The notes under the pieces are model-generated. The model worked only from the letters and a program-made list of their open reading frames with translations. It was not told the DNA's origin and searched no databases. 64,000 nt of DNA from Spirochaetia bacterium (GTDB taxonomy: Bacteria > Spirochaetota > Spirochaetia > SZUA-6 > Bin103): positions 448,001-512,000 of the forward strand of contig CBDAOI010000004.1 of the NCBI GenBank assembly GCA_965198005.1. The letters are read 5' to 3'. This document shows, one piece after another, positions 50,918 to 60,842 of the stretch. Every line of letters starts with the position of its first letter. Within the stretch, counting starts at the first letter, position 1. The position numbers and the translations under genes are program-made.

Positions 50918-53039
50918 CTGCCTGAGCCGTGGCTGTCCGAGCCGTGCGCGCCGCGGGAACCGCCTCGCCGCGCTGGTGGCGACGGCCGCCCTGGCGGCTG
51001 CGGCGGTGGGCTGGGGACAGGAAGGCGGCACCGCCACTGACGCCGCCGGCGGACAGAGCGGCTTCGCCGCCGGCGAGCTGCGCGTGGCCGACTTGGCGCC
51101 GCTGCAGCGGGTCGTGGTGGTGGAGGGGGGGCGGCCGATGCCGCTCGACAGCTTCGCCCGGATTACCCTGCTGCGGCTCTCCGGCCGGTCCAGCTTCGCG
51201 CGCCGGCCGGCGATCGAATGGTTCGCGCGGGTGCTGTTCACTCCCAACGAAACCCACGACGATGGCGTGTTCCTGGTCGACAACCCGGAGGTGATCGACG
51301 CCATGGGGCTGGTGTCCCGCGGCCGCGACCGCTACGGCCTGGCGTTTCTGCTCGACGGACTGCCGGAGCTGGAGCGGCTGGCCGAGGACGCCGGCGCCAT
51401 CAGCGAAGACAACCGCACCGTGGTGGAGCGTGAGATTCTGCGCCTGTGGAACAACGTCGGGGCCTACGCCAACCTGCTCTCGACGTTCGCCTTCACCTAT
51501 CCCCATGCCGACTTCCAGGTGGCGGACGCCGCGGCCGCCGCGCTGCTGGAGCTGCCGGGGCCCGGCACCTACAGCTACCTCGACATTGCCTTGCGCGAGG
51601 ACCGGCTGCGGTCCGCCGTCACCGAGGCGGGCCGGGCGCACGCGGCGAGTGGCGCCTTCTCCCGGACCGACGGCCTGCTGCTGCGGCTGGGGCAGAGCCT
51701 GGCGACCTGGCGCGCCAACTTCGACGGGCTGCCCCTGCCGATCATTCCGGTCACCGTGCCGGGCGGGGGCGGGACCCAGTGGCTCACCCCCTGGCAGGCG
51801 CTCGGCGGCGAATTCGTGGGCGGGCTCGGCCGCGACCAGCGCAGCGCGATCGATCGCGAGCTGCTGGCGTTGCGCGACCTGCAGGTAGCCTACCTGGAAG
51901 GCCGCCCGGTGCACTTCGCGCTCGCAGCGCGGCAGTTCAGCGATTCGGTCCAGCAGCGCACCGCGGCCACCCTGGAATTGCAGGACCCGCGGCTGGAGGT
52001 GCTGTACAACGGGATCAACCCTTACAACATCGCCAAGCTGACCTACGGCGCCGGGTTGTTGACGCTCGCGCTCTCGTTCCTGGGTTTTCGGACCTGGCTG
52101 TACCGCCTCAGCCTGGTGCTCCTGGTGGCCGGCTTCGTGCCGCATACCCTCGGTCTGGTGCTGCGCATGCTGATCACCGCGCGCCCGCCGGTAACCAACC
52201 TGTACGAGACGTTCACGTTCGTCGGGTGGGGGTCGGTGGTGTGCGGGATGGTAATGGAGCGCCTGCGCAAGCGCCCGCTGGGCCTGTTCTGCGGGTTGGC
52301 GGGCGGGTTCGTGTTCTTTCTGCTCTCGGCGAAGTTCTCGGCCGAGGGGGACACCATGCCGGTGCTGCAGGCGGTGCTGGACACCAACTTCTGGCTCTCC
52401 ACGCACGTGCTGGTGATCACCACCGGCTACATGACCTGCTGCGTGGCGGGCCTGATCGGCCACGTGTACCTGCTGCAGGCGGTGCTGCCCGGCAGCGGGG
52501 CCGGGACGCGGCGGGCGGAGCGGCTGGCGCGCACCTACCGCACGCTGTTCGGCACGCTGGCCGTTGGGCTGATCTTCTCGTTCGTGGGCACCATGCTCGG
52601 GGGTATCTGGGCTGATCAATCCTGGGGCCGTTTCTGGGGCTGGGACCCGAAGGAGAACGGCGCGCTCATGATCGTCCTGTGGTGCGCGCTTCTGTTCCAC
52701 GCCCGCATGGGCAAGATGATCGGGCCGTTCGGGATGGCGGCGGGCGCGGCGCTGCTGATCATCGTGGTGATGATGGCCTGGTTCGGGATCAACCTGCTGG
52801 GGGTCGGGCTGCACTCCTACGGCTTTACCGAGGGGGTGTTCTGGGGGTTGATGGCTTACATCGCGGCCGAGATCGCGTTCGTGGCGGCGATCGCCGCCTG
52901 GCACCGGAAGCAGCGCCGGCGCGGGTCCTCGGATGCGCCGCCGCCACCGCCGGCAATGGCCGCCGATCCCCCGCCCGCGCCGGGCAGCAACGGTGTCCCG
53001 GCCGCAATCGCGCAATCGCGCAGCCGGGCGGCGCGGTAA
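50910..53039 (+). CDS. ccsA: CcsA/ResC cytochrome c synthase with a large N-terminal periplasmic domain
   Basis: PVTNLYE, WLSTHV, WADQSWGRFWGWDPKE, GLHSYG. Confidence 0.92.
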   Translation: MGSCLSRGCPSRARRGNRLAALVATAALAAAAVGWGQEGGTATDAAGGQSGFAAGELRVADLAPLQRVVVVEGGRPMPLDSFARITLLRLSGRSSFARRPAIEWFARVLFTPNETHDDGVFLVDNPEVIDAMGLVSRGRDRYGLAFLLDGLPELERLAEDAGAISEDNRTVVEREILRLWNNVGAYANLLSTFAFTYPHADFQVADAAAAALLELPGPGTYSYLDIALREDRLRSAVTEAGRAHAASGAFSRTDGLLLRLGQSLATWRANFDGLPLPIIPVTVPGGGGTQWLTPWQALGGEFVGGLGRDQRSAIDRELLALRDLQVAYLEGRPVHFALAARQFSDSVQQRTAATLELQDPRLEVLYNGINPYNIAKLTYGAGLLTLALSFLGFRTWLYRLSLVLLVAGFVPHTLGLVLRMLITARPPVTNLYETFTFVGWGSVVCGMVMERLRKRPLGLFCGLAGGFVFFLLSAKFSAEGDTMPVLQAVLDTNFWLSTHVLVITTGYMTCCVAGLIGHVYLLQAVLPGSGAGTRRAERLARTYRTLFGTLAVGLIFSFVGTMLGGIWADQSWGRFWGWDPKENGALMIVLWCALLFHARMGKMIGPFGMAAGAALLIIVVMMAWFGINLLGVGLHSYGFTEGVFWGLMAYIAAEIAFVAAIAAWHRKQRRRGSSDAPPPPPAMAADPPPAPGSNGVPAAIAQSRSRAAR

Positions 53040-53102
53040 ACTCGCAATCCCGAGCGATCCGGTTAGCCAACCGGCCACCTATCGCTTATTCTTTGAACAG
53101 AG

Positions 53103-53936
53103 ATGGCTTCGGCGGCGGGCACCATGACCTTCCTCGAGCATGCGGCCGAGCTGCGGCGGCGGCTGATCACGTCGCTGGTTGCGGTCATCGCGTGCGCGGT
53201 GGTGTGCTACGTGTTCTACGAGCAGGTGCTGGTGGTGCTGCTGCGGCCGCTGCAGTCGCTGCCCGAGACGTTGGGCGGCGGTGCGGGCGCTGCCGGGGTC
53301 GCTGCCGGCGGAACCGGGGCTGCCGCCGGCGGCGCGGGTGCGGCCGGCGCCGGCGCGGTGGAAGCGCCCCCCGAGTACCTGTTCGTCAACAGCCTGTTCG
53401 AGGGGTTTCTGGTGCGCGTGAAGGTGGCGCTGCTCGCGGGGGCGGTGGTGTCGCTGCCGGTGCACCTCTACAACGTGGTACGGTTCGTGTTTCCGGGCCT
53501 GATGCGGCGGGAACGGCGGGCGGTGACGGTCGCCCTGGCTGCGTCGACCGTGCTGCTGCTGGGCGGTTTCTTTTACGGTTACTACAACGTGATTCCGCTC
53601 TCGGTGCGCTTTCTGGTCAGCGCCGGGTTCATTCCGGACGGGGTCGGCGTGCTGCTCAACTATCAGCGCACGGTGTCCGCGGTGTTCCAGTTCGTGCTGG
53701 TGTTCTCGCTGGTGTTCCAGTTGCCGATCGTGCTGGTGGTGCTGATGATGACCGGCGTGGTGAGCCGGCGCACGCTGCTGCGGGCCAGCCGCTACGTGGT
53801 GGTGGCGATCTTCGCCCTGGCGGCGGTCGTGACCCCGCCGGACGTGGTTTCGCAGGTGAGTATTGCGGTACCAATGATAGGGATGTTCTTTCTATCGATT
53901 CTGGTCGCCAGGCTGCTGGGCTTCGGGGCTGAGTGA
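53103..53936 (+). CDS. tatC: Twin-arginine translocase TatC
   Basis: MTFLEHAAELRRR, FQLP, AAVVTPPDVVSQ. Confidence 0.93.
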   Translation: MASAAGTMTFLEHAAELRRRLITSLVAVIACAVVCYVFYEQVLVVLLRPLQSLPETLGGGAGAAGVAAGGTGAAAGGAGAAGAGAVEAPPEYLFVNSLFEGFLVRVKVALLAGAVVSLPVHLYNVVRFVFPGLMRRERRAVTVALAASTVLLLGGFFYGYYNVIPLSVRFLVSAGFIPDGVGVLLNYQRTVSAVFQFVLVFSLVFQLPIVLVVLMMTGVVSRRTLLRASRYVVVAIFALAAVVTPPDVVSQVSIAVPMIGMFFLSILVARLLGFGAE

Positions 53937-54193
53937 TGTTCGGTCTCGGCATCTGGGAGATTGCCCTGCTCTGTGTCGCGGTGCTGGTGTTCGTGCGGCC
54001 GGACGAGTTGCCCAAGGTGATGCGCACGCTGGGGTCGTTCTACGGCCGGGTAACCGGCACGTCCCGGCACCTCATGCGCCAGATTCAGCAGCCGGTCGAA
54101 TTGGACGATGATGACGATGATGATGACGACCGGCATAGTATTGCCGCCGACCGGACGCGCGACGGCGGCGGCAGGGAGGAGTTGAAACGATGA
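53936..54193 (+). CDS. tatB: TatB-like subunit
   Basis: MFGLGIWEI...PDELPKVMRTLG. Confidence 0.75.
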   Translation: MFGLGIWEIALLCVAVLVFVRPDELPKVMRTLGSFYGRVTGTSRHLMRQIQQPVELDDDDDDDDDRHSIAADRTRDGGGREELKR

Positions 54194-54402
54194 TACCAGG
54201 CGGCGCGGAGTGGATCATAATCGGAGGTGTGGTACTGGTGCTGTTCGGGGCGTCGGCGATCCCGCGGTTCGCCCGTTCCATCGGCCGCGCCAAGCGCGAG
54301 TTCGAGAAGGGCCAGCGCGACGCCACCCGCGACGCGGCTGACTCCCGGCCCCCGGACGACACCGGCGAAGCTCGGCCGGCCCCCCCGCGCGACGACGACT
54401 GA
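54190..54402 (+). CDS. tatA: TatA/E subunit
   Basis: LVLFGASAIPRFARSIGRAKREFEKG. Confidence 0.88.
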   Translation: MIPGGAEWIIIGGVVLVLFGASAIPRFARSIGRAKREFEKGQRDATRDAADSRPPDDTGEARPAPPRDDD

Positions 54403-54538
54403 CGCGTAGGATGTCGGCTCGCCTGCTCGGAGCCCGCACTCTGGAGGGATTCGCCGGGCGCGTAGATTCCCGCGCGCAGCGCCTGGTGGCCGCGGGGCCG
54501 CTGCCGGTCGCGTAAGATTGCGCTGCTCAGAAGACTTG

Positions 54539-55918
54539 ATGGAACACTCATACGACGCGATTATCATCGGCACCGGCCAGGCCGGGCCCAGTCTTGCCGC
54601 GGAGCTGTCCGCGGCCGGCATGCGCACCGCGATCATCGAGCGCCACCGCTTCGGGGGCACCTGCGTCAACGTGGGCTGCATTCCCACCAAGGCGCTGGTG
54701 GCCAGTGCCCGCGCCGCCCACGTCGCCCGCCGCGCCGCCGACTTCGGGGTGGTGATCGGAGGTGACGTCGGCGTCGACATGGCGCGGGTGAAGGCGCGCA
54801 AGGACGCCATCGTGCGGCGCTCCGCCACCGGCGTGGAACGGTGGCTGAAGTCGCTGGCCGACTGCACCGTGTGCCGGGGCCACGCGCGGTTCGCGGGCGA
54901 CCACCGGGTGCGGGTGGGCGACGAGGTGCTGGAGGCACCGCGGATCTTCATCAACGTGGGCGCGCGCGCCTTCGTGCCGCCGTTTGCGGGCGTCGAGGAG
55001 GTGGACTATCTGACCAACTCCACGATCATGGAGCTCGCCACCCTGCCGCAGCATCTGGTGATCGTCGGCGGCGGCTACATCGGGCTGGAGTTCGCGCAGA
55101 TGTTCCGCCGCTTCGGCAGCGAGGTGACGCTGATCGACCGCGGCGACCGGCTGATCAAGCGCGAGTCGGCGGACGTCTCGGCGGCGGTGGCGGCGATCCT
55201 GGAAGGCGAGGGGGTCCGGCTCCGGCTGGACGCCGAATGCCTCGGCTTCGAACGCCGGGGGGAGGGAGTGGCGGCCACCCTGGAGTGCCGTGACCAGGAG
55301 CCGGAGGTGGTCGGGTCGCACCTGCTGCTGGCGGTGGGGCGCCGTCCCAACACCGACGACCTGGGGCTGGAGACGACCGGCATCGAGGTGGATTCCCGCG
55401 GCCACGTCCGGGTGGACGACGCCCTGCAGACCGGCGTGCCGGGGGTGTGGGCGCTCGGCGAGTGCAACGGCCGCGGCGCCTTCACGCACACCGCCTACAA
55501 CGACTACGAGATCGTCGCCGGCAACCTGCTGCACGACGACCCGCGGCGGGTGACCGACCGCATCGACTGCTACGCGCTGTACGTCGATCCGCCGCTCGGC
55601 CGCGTCGGCATGACCGAGCCCCAGGTGCGCGCATCGGGACGCCCGGCCCTGGTCGCCACGCGGCCCATGACCCGCGTCGGCCGCGCCGTGGAGAAGAGCG
55701 AGACCCAGGGCTTCATGCAAGTGCTGGTCGACGCGGAGACCGAACGCATCCTCGGCGCCGCCATTCTCGGCGTCGGCGGCGACGAGATCATCCACTCGAT
55801 CCTCGACGTGATGTACGCCGGCGCCCCGTACACCGTGATCCGCCGCGCGGTGCACATCCACCCCACCGTCGCCGAGCTGATCCCCACCATGCTCGCCGAC
55901 CTCAAGCCGCTGGAGTAA
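54539..55918 (+). CDS. FAD-dependent pyridine nucleotide-disulfide oxidoreductase (MerA/RclA-like, no C-terminal CC)
   Basis: GTGQAG, GGTCVNVGCIPTK, GGGYIG, HIHPT. Confidence 0.92.
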   Translation: MEHSYDAIIIGTGQAGPSLAAELSAAGMRTAIIERHRFGGTCVNVGCIPTKALVASARAAHVARRAADFGVVIGGDVGVDMARVKARKDAIVRRSATGVERWLKSLADCTVCRGHARFAGDHRVRVGDEVLEAPRIFINVGARAFVPPFAGVEEVDYLTNSTIMELATLPQHLVIVGGGYIGLEFAQMFRRFGSEVTLIDRGDRLIKRESADVSAAVAAILEGEGVRLRLDAECLGFERRGEGVAATLECRDQEPEVVGSHLLLAVGRRPNTDDLGLETTGIEVDSRGHVRVDDALQTGVPGVWALGECNGRGAFTHTAYNDYEIVAGNLLHDDPRRVTDRIDCYALYVDPPLGRVGMTEPQVRASGRPALVATRPMTRVGRAVEKSETQGFMQVLVDAETERILGAAILGVGGDEIIHSILDVMYAGAPYTVIRRAVHIHPTVAELIPTMLADLKPLE

Positions 55919-55979
55919 TCCTCAAGCTCAAGCTTCGTACCAGCGTGCGAGGCGACACCTGTCCATTCCCGTCCCGCAG

Positions 55980-56482
55980 GTGATCGAGCACGTCGTTTCC
56001 GGCCAGGATAGGCTGTTCGATCAGGTAGTCGACGACGCCACACGGCGCGGTAGCGCCATCGTGCGCCGTCAACAGGAACCCCACTCCCGGAGCGTCGAGA
56101 TCGACATCGAGGACCACAACCCGCTCACCGGCGGCAGCCAGATGCAGGGCCGTGGCGGCCAGCGCCGTTGACCTCCCTATTCGTGCCGACGATGGCAACG
56201 CCTTGTTTCCATGCCTCTTCCTGCCATTCGCCGTCGGGAGTTTCGTTCCGGCCAGAACCGCGAAGCACGTCACGAGACCAATAGGCGGACGCTCCACCCC
56301 GGAGACCTTGATCGATCTCTGCGCTTGCCGCCCCCCAATTGGATTTCGGGCACCATAGTATGACCCGGAGTCGGGCAAACAGGTCCTTGATCAACAGGAT
56401 GCGCCATGATCGTGGCTTGTCTGACAGGAATTCCCTGAGGATGGCCTCTGCACGATCGTGAGCGTCGTCGGCATGGAGCATC
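55980..56482 (-). pseudogene. ParA/MinD-like (KGGVGR-variant) ATPase remnant, internally deleted and truncated
   Basis: KDLFARLRVIL segment, then in another frame GRSTALA...VLDVDLDAPGV...GVVDYLIE; lower GC than flanks. Confidence 0.65.
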
Positions 56483-56546
56483 AAACAACTCCGTCGAGGA
56501 TCAGACCACCGACAATTCCGGAAACCCTGCTGGCCGACCTCTATGG

Positions 56547-57806
56547 TCACCGCGGGCCCAGGCGCCGGCGGACGGCGTCCAGGACGTGGTGGGCGGTTTG
56601 TTCCTTGGGCATGAGCGGCAGGCGGACCGTGGGAGTGTCGGGCGCGATCAGCAGGACCTCGTTCCGGTCCGAGCCGAACACGGTTTCGCCGGCGCCGGTG
56701 GTGACCGGGTTGCCGACGATCAGGTCGGCGCCCTTGGCCGCGAGCTTGGCGCGGGCGTGCTGCTCCAACTGCTCGGTCTCGGCGGCGAACGCGACGATCA
56801 CCCGTGGCCGGGCGCTGCCGGCGGCGGCCGCGCCGGCAACGATGTCCGCGGTCCGTTGCAGGCGCAGATGGTGCTCGTTCCCGGAGCGGGACTTCTTGAT
56901 CTTCTGCGGGGCGACCGCCGCCGGCCGGTAGTCGGCCACCGCCGCCGCCATCAGCAGCACGTCGGTGGTCTCTAGGTGGGCGGTGACCGCGGCCTGCATC
57001 TCGGCCGCCGACTCCACCGTTTCGACGCGCATGCCGGCGGCGTCGACCGGGGCCTCGGCGGTGGTGATCAGGGTAACCTGGGCGCCGCGGTCGCGGGCGG
57101 CGCGCGCCAGCGCCACCCCCATCTTGCCGCTGGAACGGTTGCCCAGCACGCGCACCGGGTCGAGCGGCTCACGGGTGCCGCCGGCGGTGATCAGGCAGCC
57201 GCGCCCGGCCAGATCGCAGCCGCGGCCGAGCAGCAGGCGGACGTGTCCCACCAGCTCCGCCGGCTCCAGCATGCGGCCGGCGCCGCCGGCCCCCGACGCG
57301 TGGCGCCCGGTCGCCGGGCCCGCGATCGCCGCGCCGTCGCCCCGGAGCAGCGCCAGGTTGCGCTGCGTCGCCGGATGCCGCCACATCTCCGCTTCCATGG
57401 CGGGGGCCAGCAGCAGCGGCGCGCGGCTGGACAGCGCCGTCAGGCTGAGCAGGTCGTCGGCCATGCCGTGCGCCAGCCGGGCCAGGGTATGGGCGCTGGC
57501 GGGGGCGACCACGATCAGGTCGGCGCGGCGCGCCAGCTCGAGGTGCGGGATGCGGCCGGTGGCGCCGGCCAGCGGCGCGAACATGTCGGTGCACACCGCC
57601 CCGGGGGTGAGGGCGGTGAAGGTGGCCGCGCTGACGAAGCGCGCGCCGGCGGCGGTCAGCACCACGTCGACCCGGGCGCCGTGCTGGATGAGGGCGCTGA
57701 CCAGCACCGCCGCCTTGTAGGCCGCGATGCTGCCGGTCACCCCCACCAGCAGGTGCGCGCCCGGCAGCGCGCCGCGCCGGTCCGGCGCCGCGCCCGCGGC
57801 GCTCAT
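56547..57806 (-). CDS. coaBC: Phosphopantothenoylcysteine decarboxylase/ligase
   Basis: GVTGSIAAYK, APAM, TAGGTREPLDPVR, NRSSGKMG, AAVADY. Confidence 0.95.
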   Translation of the reverse strand: MSAAGAAPDRRGALPGAHLLVGVTGSIAAYKAAVLVSALIQHGARVDVVLTAAGARFVSAATFTALTPGAVCTDMFAPLAGATGRIPHLELARRADLIVVAPASAHTLARLAHGMADDLLSLTALSSRAPLLLAPAMEAEMWRHPATQRNLALLRGDGAAIAGPATGRHASGAGGAGRMLEPAELVGHVRLLLGRGCDLAGRGCLITAGGTREPLDPVRVLGNRSSGKMGVALARAARDRGAQVTLITTAEAPVDAAGMRVETVESAAEMQAAVTAHLETTDVLLMAAAVADYRPAAVAPQKIKKSRSGNEHHLRLQRTADIVAGAAAAGSARPRVIVAFAAETEQLEQHARAKLAAKGADLIVGNPVTTGAGETVFGSDRNEVLLIAPDTPTVRLPLMPKEQTAHHVLDAVRRRLGPR

Positions 57807-58579
57807 GGCCGCTCCGGCTGGTTGAGCCGGTACACGATCTGCAGCCCCTTGAGCGTGAGCCACGGATCCACCTGCTCCACCACGCCGGTCTGGGCCGCGA
57901 TGACGTCGGCCAGGCCGCCGGTGCCGATCACCCGCATGCCGGGACCGAGTTCGGCGCGGAAGCGCGCCACCATCCCCTCGATCAGCGCCACGTAGCCGAA
58001 CACCAGTCCCGATTGCATGGCGTGCACGGTGTTGCTGCCGATGCTGCTCGGCGGCGGCCGCAACTCCACGTCCGGCAGCTTGGCGGCGTGGCCGACCAGC
58101 GCCTGCAGCGCCAGCTCCAGGCCGGGGGCGATCGCCCCACCGACGTACTCGCCGGCGGCGTTGATCGCATCGAACGTGGTGCCGGTACCGAAGTCGATGA
58201 TGCAGGCCGGCGTGCCGTAGTAGTGGCGCACCGCGGCGGCGTTGACGACGCGGTCGGCGCCCACGTCGCGCGGGCTGTCGTAGCGCACCTTGATGCCGGT
58301 CTTGACGCCCGCGTCCACCACCAGCGGCGAACAGCCGAAGGTGTCCTGCGCCAAGCGCGCGAAGGCCGCGGTGAGCGGCGGCACCACGCTCGCCAGGGCG
58401 ACGCCGGTGACCGCCGCCGGCGCCAGCCCGGCCGCGGCGAACAGGCCGGCGACCAGCACCCCGTACTCGTCGGCGGTGGCGTTGGTGCGCGTCTGGATCC
58501 GCCAGCTCGCCCGCAGCCGGGCGCCGTCGAACACACCCAGCACCACGTTGGTATTGCCGACGTCGATGCCCAGCAACAT
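57803..58579 (-). CDS. coaX: Type III pantothenate kinase
   Basis: IDVGNTN, VGADR, DFGTGTT, GGAIAPG. Confidence 0.95.
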   Translation of the reverse strand: MLLGIDVGNTNVVLGVFDGARLRASWRIQTRTNATADEYGVLVAGLFAAAGLAPAAVTGVALASVVPPLTAAFARLAQDTFGCSPLVVDAGVKTGIKVRYDSPRDVGADRVVNAAAVRHYYGTPACIIDFGTGTTFDAINAAGEYVGGAIAPGLELALQALVGHAAKLPDVELRPPPSSIGSNTVHAMQSGLVFGYVALIEGMVARFRAELGPGMRVIGTGGLADVIAAQTGVVEQVDPWLTLKGLQIVYRLNQPERP

Positions 58580-59448
58580 CAGTGGCTCTCCGTGCCGGTC
58601 TCGAGGTCGTCCGGCAGCGTCACGCTGTCGATCAGGCGCACGCCGCCGATGCGGGCGGCCAGCGACAGCAGCGCGCGGTCACCGTCCGCGGCAGCCGGTC
58701 CCAGCTCGCACAGCGTGTCCGCGTCGGCCAGACTGAGGTATTCCAGCTCCACCCCGGCGGCGGCGATCGGGGCGCGCGTGCAATCCAGCAGGGCCGCGCG
58801 GCCCCGTTCGCCCCGGCGCCAGGCGTCCAGCGCCGCCGTCAGCCCCCGGTACAGCACCGGCGCGCGCGCGCGGGCGGCGGCGGTCAGCAGCTCGTTGCGC
58901 GAGCTGAGCGCGACGCCGTCGGCCGCCCGTACGGTCCGGCAGCCGACGACGGTTGCCGGCAGGTTGAGATCCGCGTTCAACCGCCGCACCAGCGCCAACT
59001 GTTGCGGATCCTTGCGCCCGAAGTAGGCGAGCTGCGGCTGAAACAGCACCAGCAGCTTGGCGACCACGGTGGCCACCCCGTCGAAGTGGTCGGTGCGCGC
59101 CCGCCCTTCCGGGGAGCGCTCCATTCCGCGCACCGTGACGAAGGTGCGGAAGCCGGATGGATACACCTCGCCGGCGGTCGGCGTCCACGCCAGATCGACC
59201 CCGAGCCGCGCCGCCAGGGTCAGGTCGTGCTCCGGAGCGCGCGGATAGGCGGCGAGGTCGGCGTCGTCGTTGAACTGGGCCGGGTTGACGAAGATGGTCA
59301 GCACCGTGTGGTCGCACTCCGCGGTGCTGCGCCGGATCAGCGCCTCGTGCCCGGCGTGCAGGGCGCCCATGGTCGGCACCAAGCCGACGCTGCCGGCCAT
59401 CTGCGCGCGGGCCGCGCGGGCTGCGGCGACCGTATGTACGACCCGCAC
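58579..59448 (-). CDS. panC: Pantoate--beta-alanine ligase
   Basis: VPTMGALHAGH, FVNPAQF, FGRKDPQQ, ALSSRN, RLID. Confidence 0.95.
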   Translation of the reverse strand: MRVVHTVAAARAARAQMAGSVGLVPTMGALHAGHEALIRRSTAECDHTVLTIFVNPAQFNDDADLAAYPRAPEHDLTLAARLGVDLAWTPTAGEVYPSGFRTFVTVRGMERSPEGRARTDHFDGVATVVAKLLVLFQPQLAYFGRKDPQQLALVRRLNADLNLPATVVGCRTVRAADGVALSSRNELLTAAARARAPVLYRGLTAALDAWRRGERGRAALLDCTRAPIAAAGVELEYLSLADADTLCELGPAAADGDRALLSLAARIGGVRLIDSVTLPDDLETGTESH

Positions 59449-59449
59449 G

Positions 59450-60436
59450 TCAGTGGTCCTCGTCCCCGGCTCGGGTCGCGGCCACCGGCTGCGCGGTCGC
59501 GGGGTGGGTGCGGCGCGCATTCACCGGGCCGCCGGCCACCGCAGCCGGGTCGGCACCCACCGGGTCCCCGTGCAGCGGCGGGGCGGTTCCGTCCAGCCGG
59601 CTGCGGAAGGCGGCCAGCTCGCGCCGGTCCATCAGGTAGGAGTGCTCGCGGTCGGGAAACGTGCCGCCGCGCACTTCGGCGCAGAACCGTTCCAGCGCGC
59701 CCCGGATCTGCTGCCCGACGTCGGCGTAGCGCTTGACGAACCGGGGCGAGCGGCCGGTGTTCATGCCGATCACTTCATGGAAGATCAGAACCTGGCCGTC
59801 GCACCCGGCGCCGGCGCCGATGCCGATGGTGGGCACCGGCACTCGGCGGGTCACCTCCGCCGCGACCTTGCGCGGCACCGCCTCGATCACGATCGCGAAG
59901 CAGCCGGCGGCGGCCAGCGCCGCGGCGTCGCCGACCAGCCGGGCGGCGGCGGCCGCGGTGCGGCCCTGCACCAGATGACCGCCGATCAGGTGCTCCGACT
60001 GCGGCACCAGGCCGACGTGCCCCATCACCGGGATGCCGGCCGCCACGATGGCGGCAACCGTGGCGGCGCGCGCCGCACCGCCCTCCAGCTTGACCGCCTC
60101 GCAGCCGCCTTCCTTGATCATGCGCACGGCGTTGGCCACGGCGCCCGCCCGGTCGACCTGATAGGAGCCGAACGGCAGATCGCCCACCACCAGCGCCGCC
60201 GGCCGCGCGCGCCGCACCGCCCGGCAGTGGTGGAGCATCTCTTCCATCGAGACCGGCACCGTGCTGGAGTAGCCCAGCATGAACTCGCCGAGTGAATCGC
60301 CGACCAGGATCAGATCGACCCCGGCGGCATCCACCAGGCACGCACTGGTGTAGTCGTAAGCGGCGATCATGGTCAGGCGCGGAGCCGCGCCCGCGCGCTT
60401 GGTGATCTGCTGGATCGTGACCTTCTCACGTGTCAC
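59450..60436 (-). CDS. panB: 3-methyl-2-oxobutanoate hydroxymethyltransferase
   Basis: AYDY, LVGDSLG, VKLEGG, GHVGLVPQ, GIGAG; GGAGG before the GTG at 60436. Confidence 0.95.
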   Translation of the reverse strand: MTREKVTIQQITKRAGAAPRLTMIAAYDYTSACLVDAAGVDLILVGDSLGEFMLGYSSTVPVSMEEMLHHCRAVRRARPAALVVGDLPFGSYQVDRAGAVANAVRMIKEGGCEAVKLEGGAARAATVAAIVAAGIPVMGHVGLVPQSEHLIGGHLVQGRTAAAAARLVGDAAALAAAGCFAIVIEAVPRKVAAEVTRRVPVPTIGIGAGAGCDGQVLIFHEVIGMNTGRSPRFVKRYADVGQQIRGALERFCAEVRGGTFPDREHSYLMDRRELAAFRSRLDGTAPPLHGDPVGADPAAVAGGPVNARRTHPATAQPVAATRAGDEDH

Positions 60437-60560
60437 CGGAACCTGCCTCCCGGTCCCATCAGGCGCGCACGCCGGCGGCGCTGGCGGTGTCGAATCGGAG
60501 AGGGATCCGGGCGGGTCGCGGCCAGCTTTCGCCGGCGGCGGGATGGGGCGTTGCGCCCGC

Positions 60561-60645
60561 GTCGTCCCGGTCGTCTCCAATCCAGGCAACGGTCAAACGC
60601 CAGAGTGGTCGATTGACCACAAGGCATCGCTTCTGATGCGACCTG
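60561..60645 (-). ncRNA. Probable pan RNA motif / structured leader of panB
   Basis: GCCTGGAT-TGGAGACG-ACCGGGAC stem with a bulged A on each strand, preceded by hairpin GTGGTC-AATC-GACCAC. Confidence 0.55.
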
Positions 60646-60842
60646 TCGTTCACTGCCGCTCGCGGCGGTCAGTGACTTGGCGGCCGTCAGCCCAAGCCGC
60701 CGGCCACCTACAACGTAACAGCCGGCGGCTCCGCTGGTCAACGCCTGTTGCGCACCCCGAGCAGGCTATTCTCGCCCGATCGTAATGCCCGTCACAACCA
60801 GCCGATACGCCTTCAGCAACTCTTCCAGCCGCCGGCGTCCCG

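Noticed and set aside
54403-54517. Possible ncRNA (SRP/6S) after tatA
   Set aside because: GC-rich and foldable, but no SRP GGAA-loop motif or other recognisable signature.
54539-55918. Mercuric reductase merA
   Set aside because: No C-terminal Cys pair, no NmerA domain and no mer operon.
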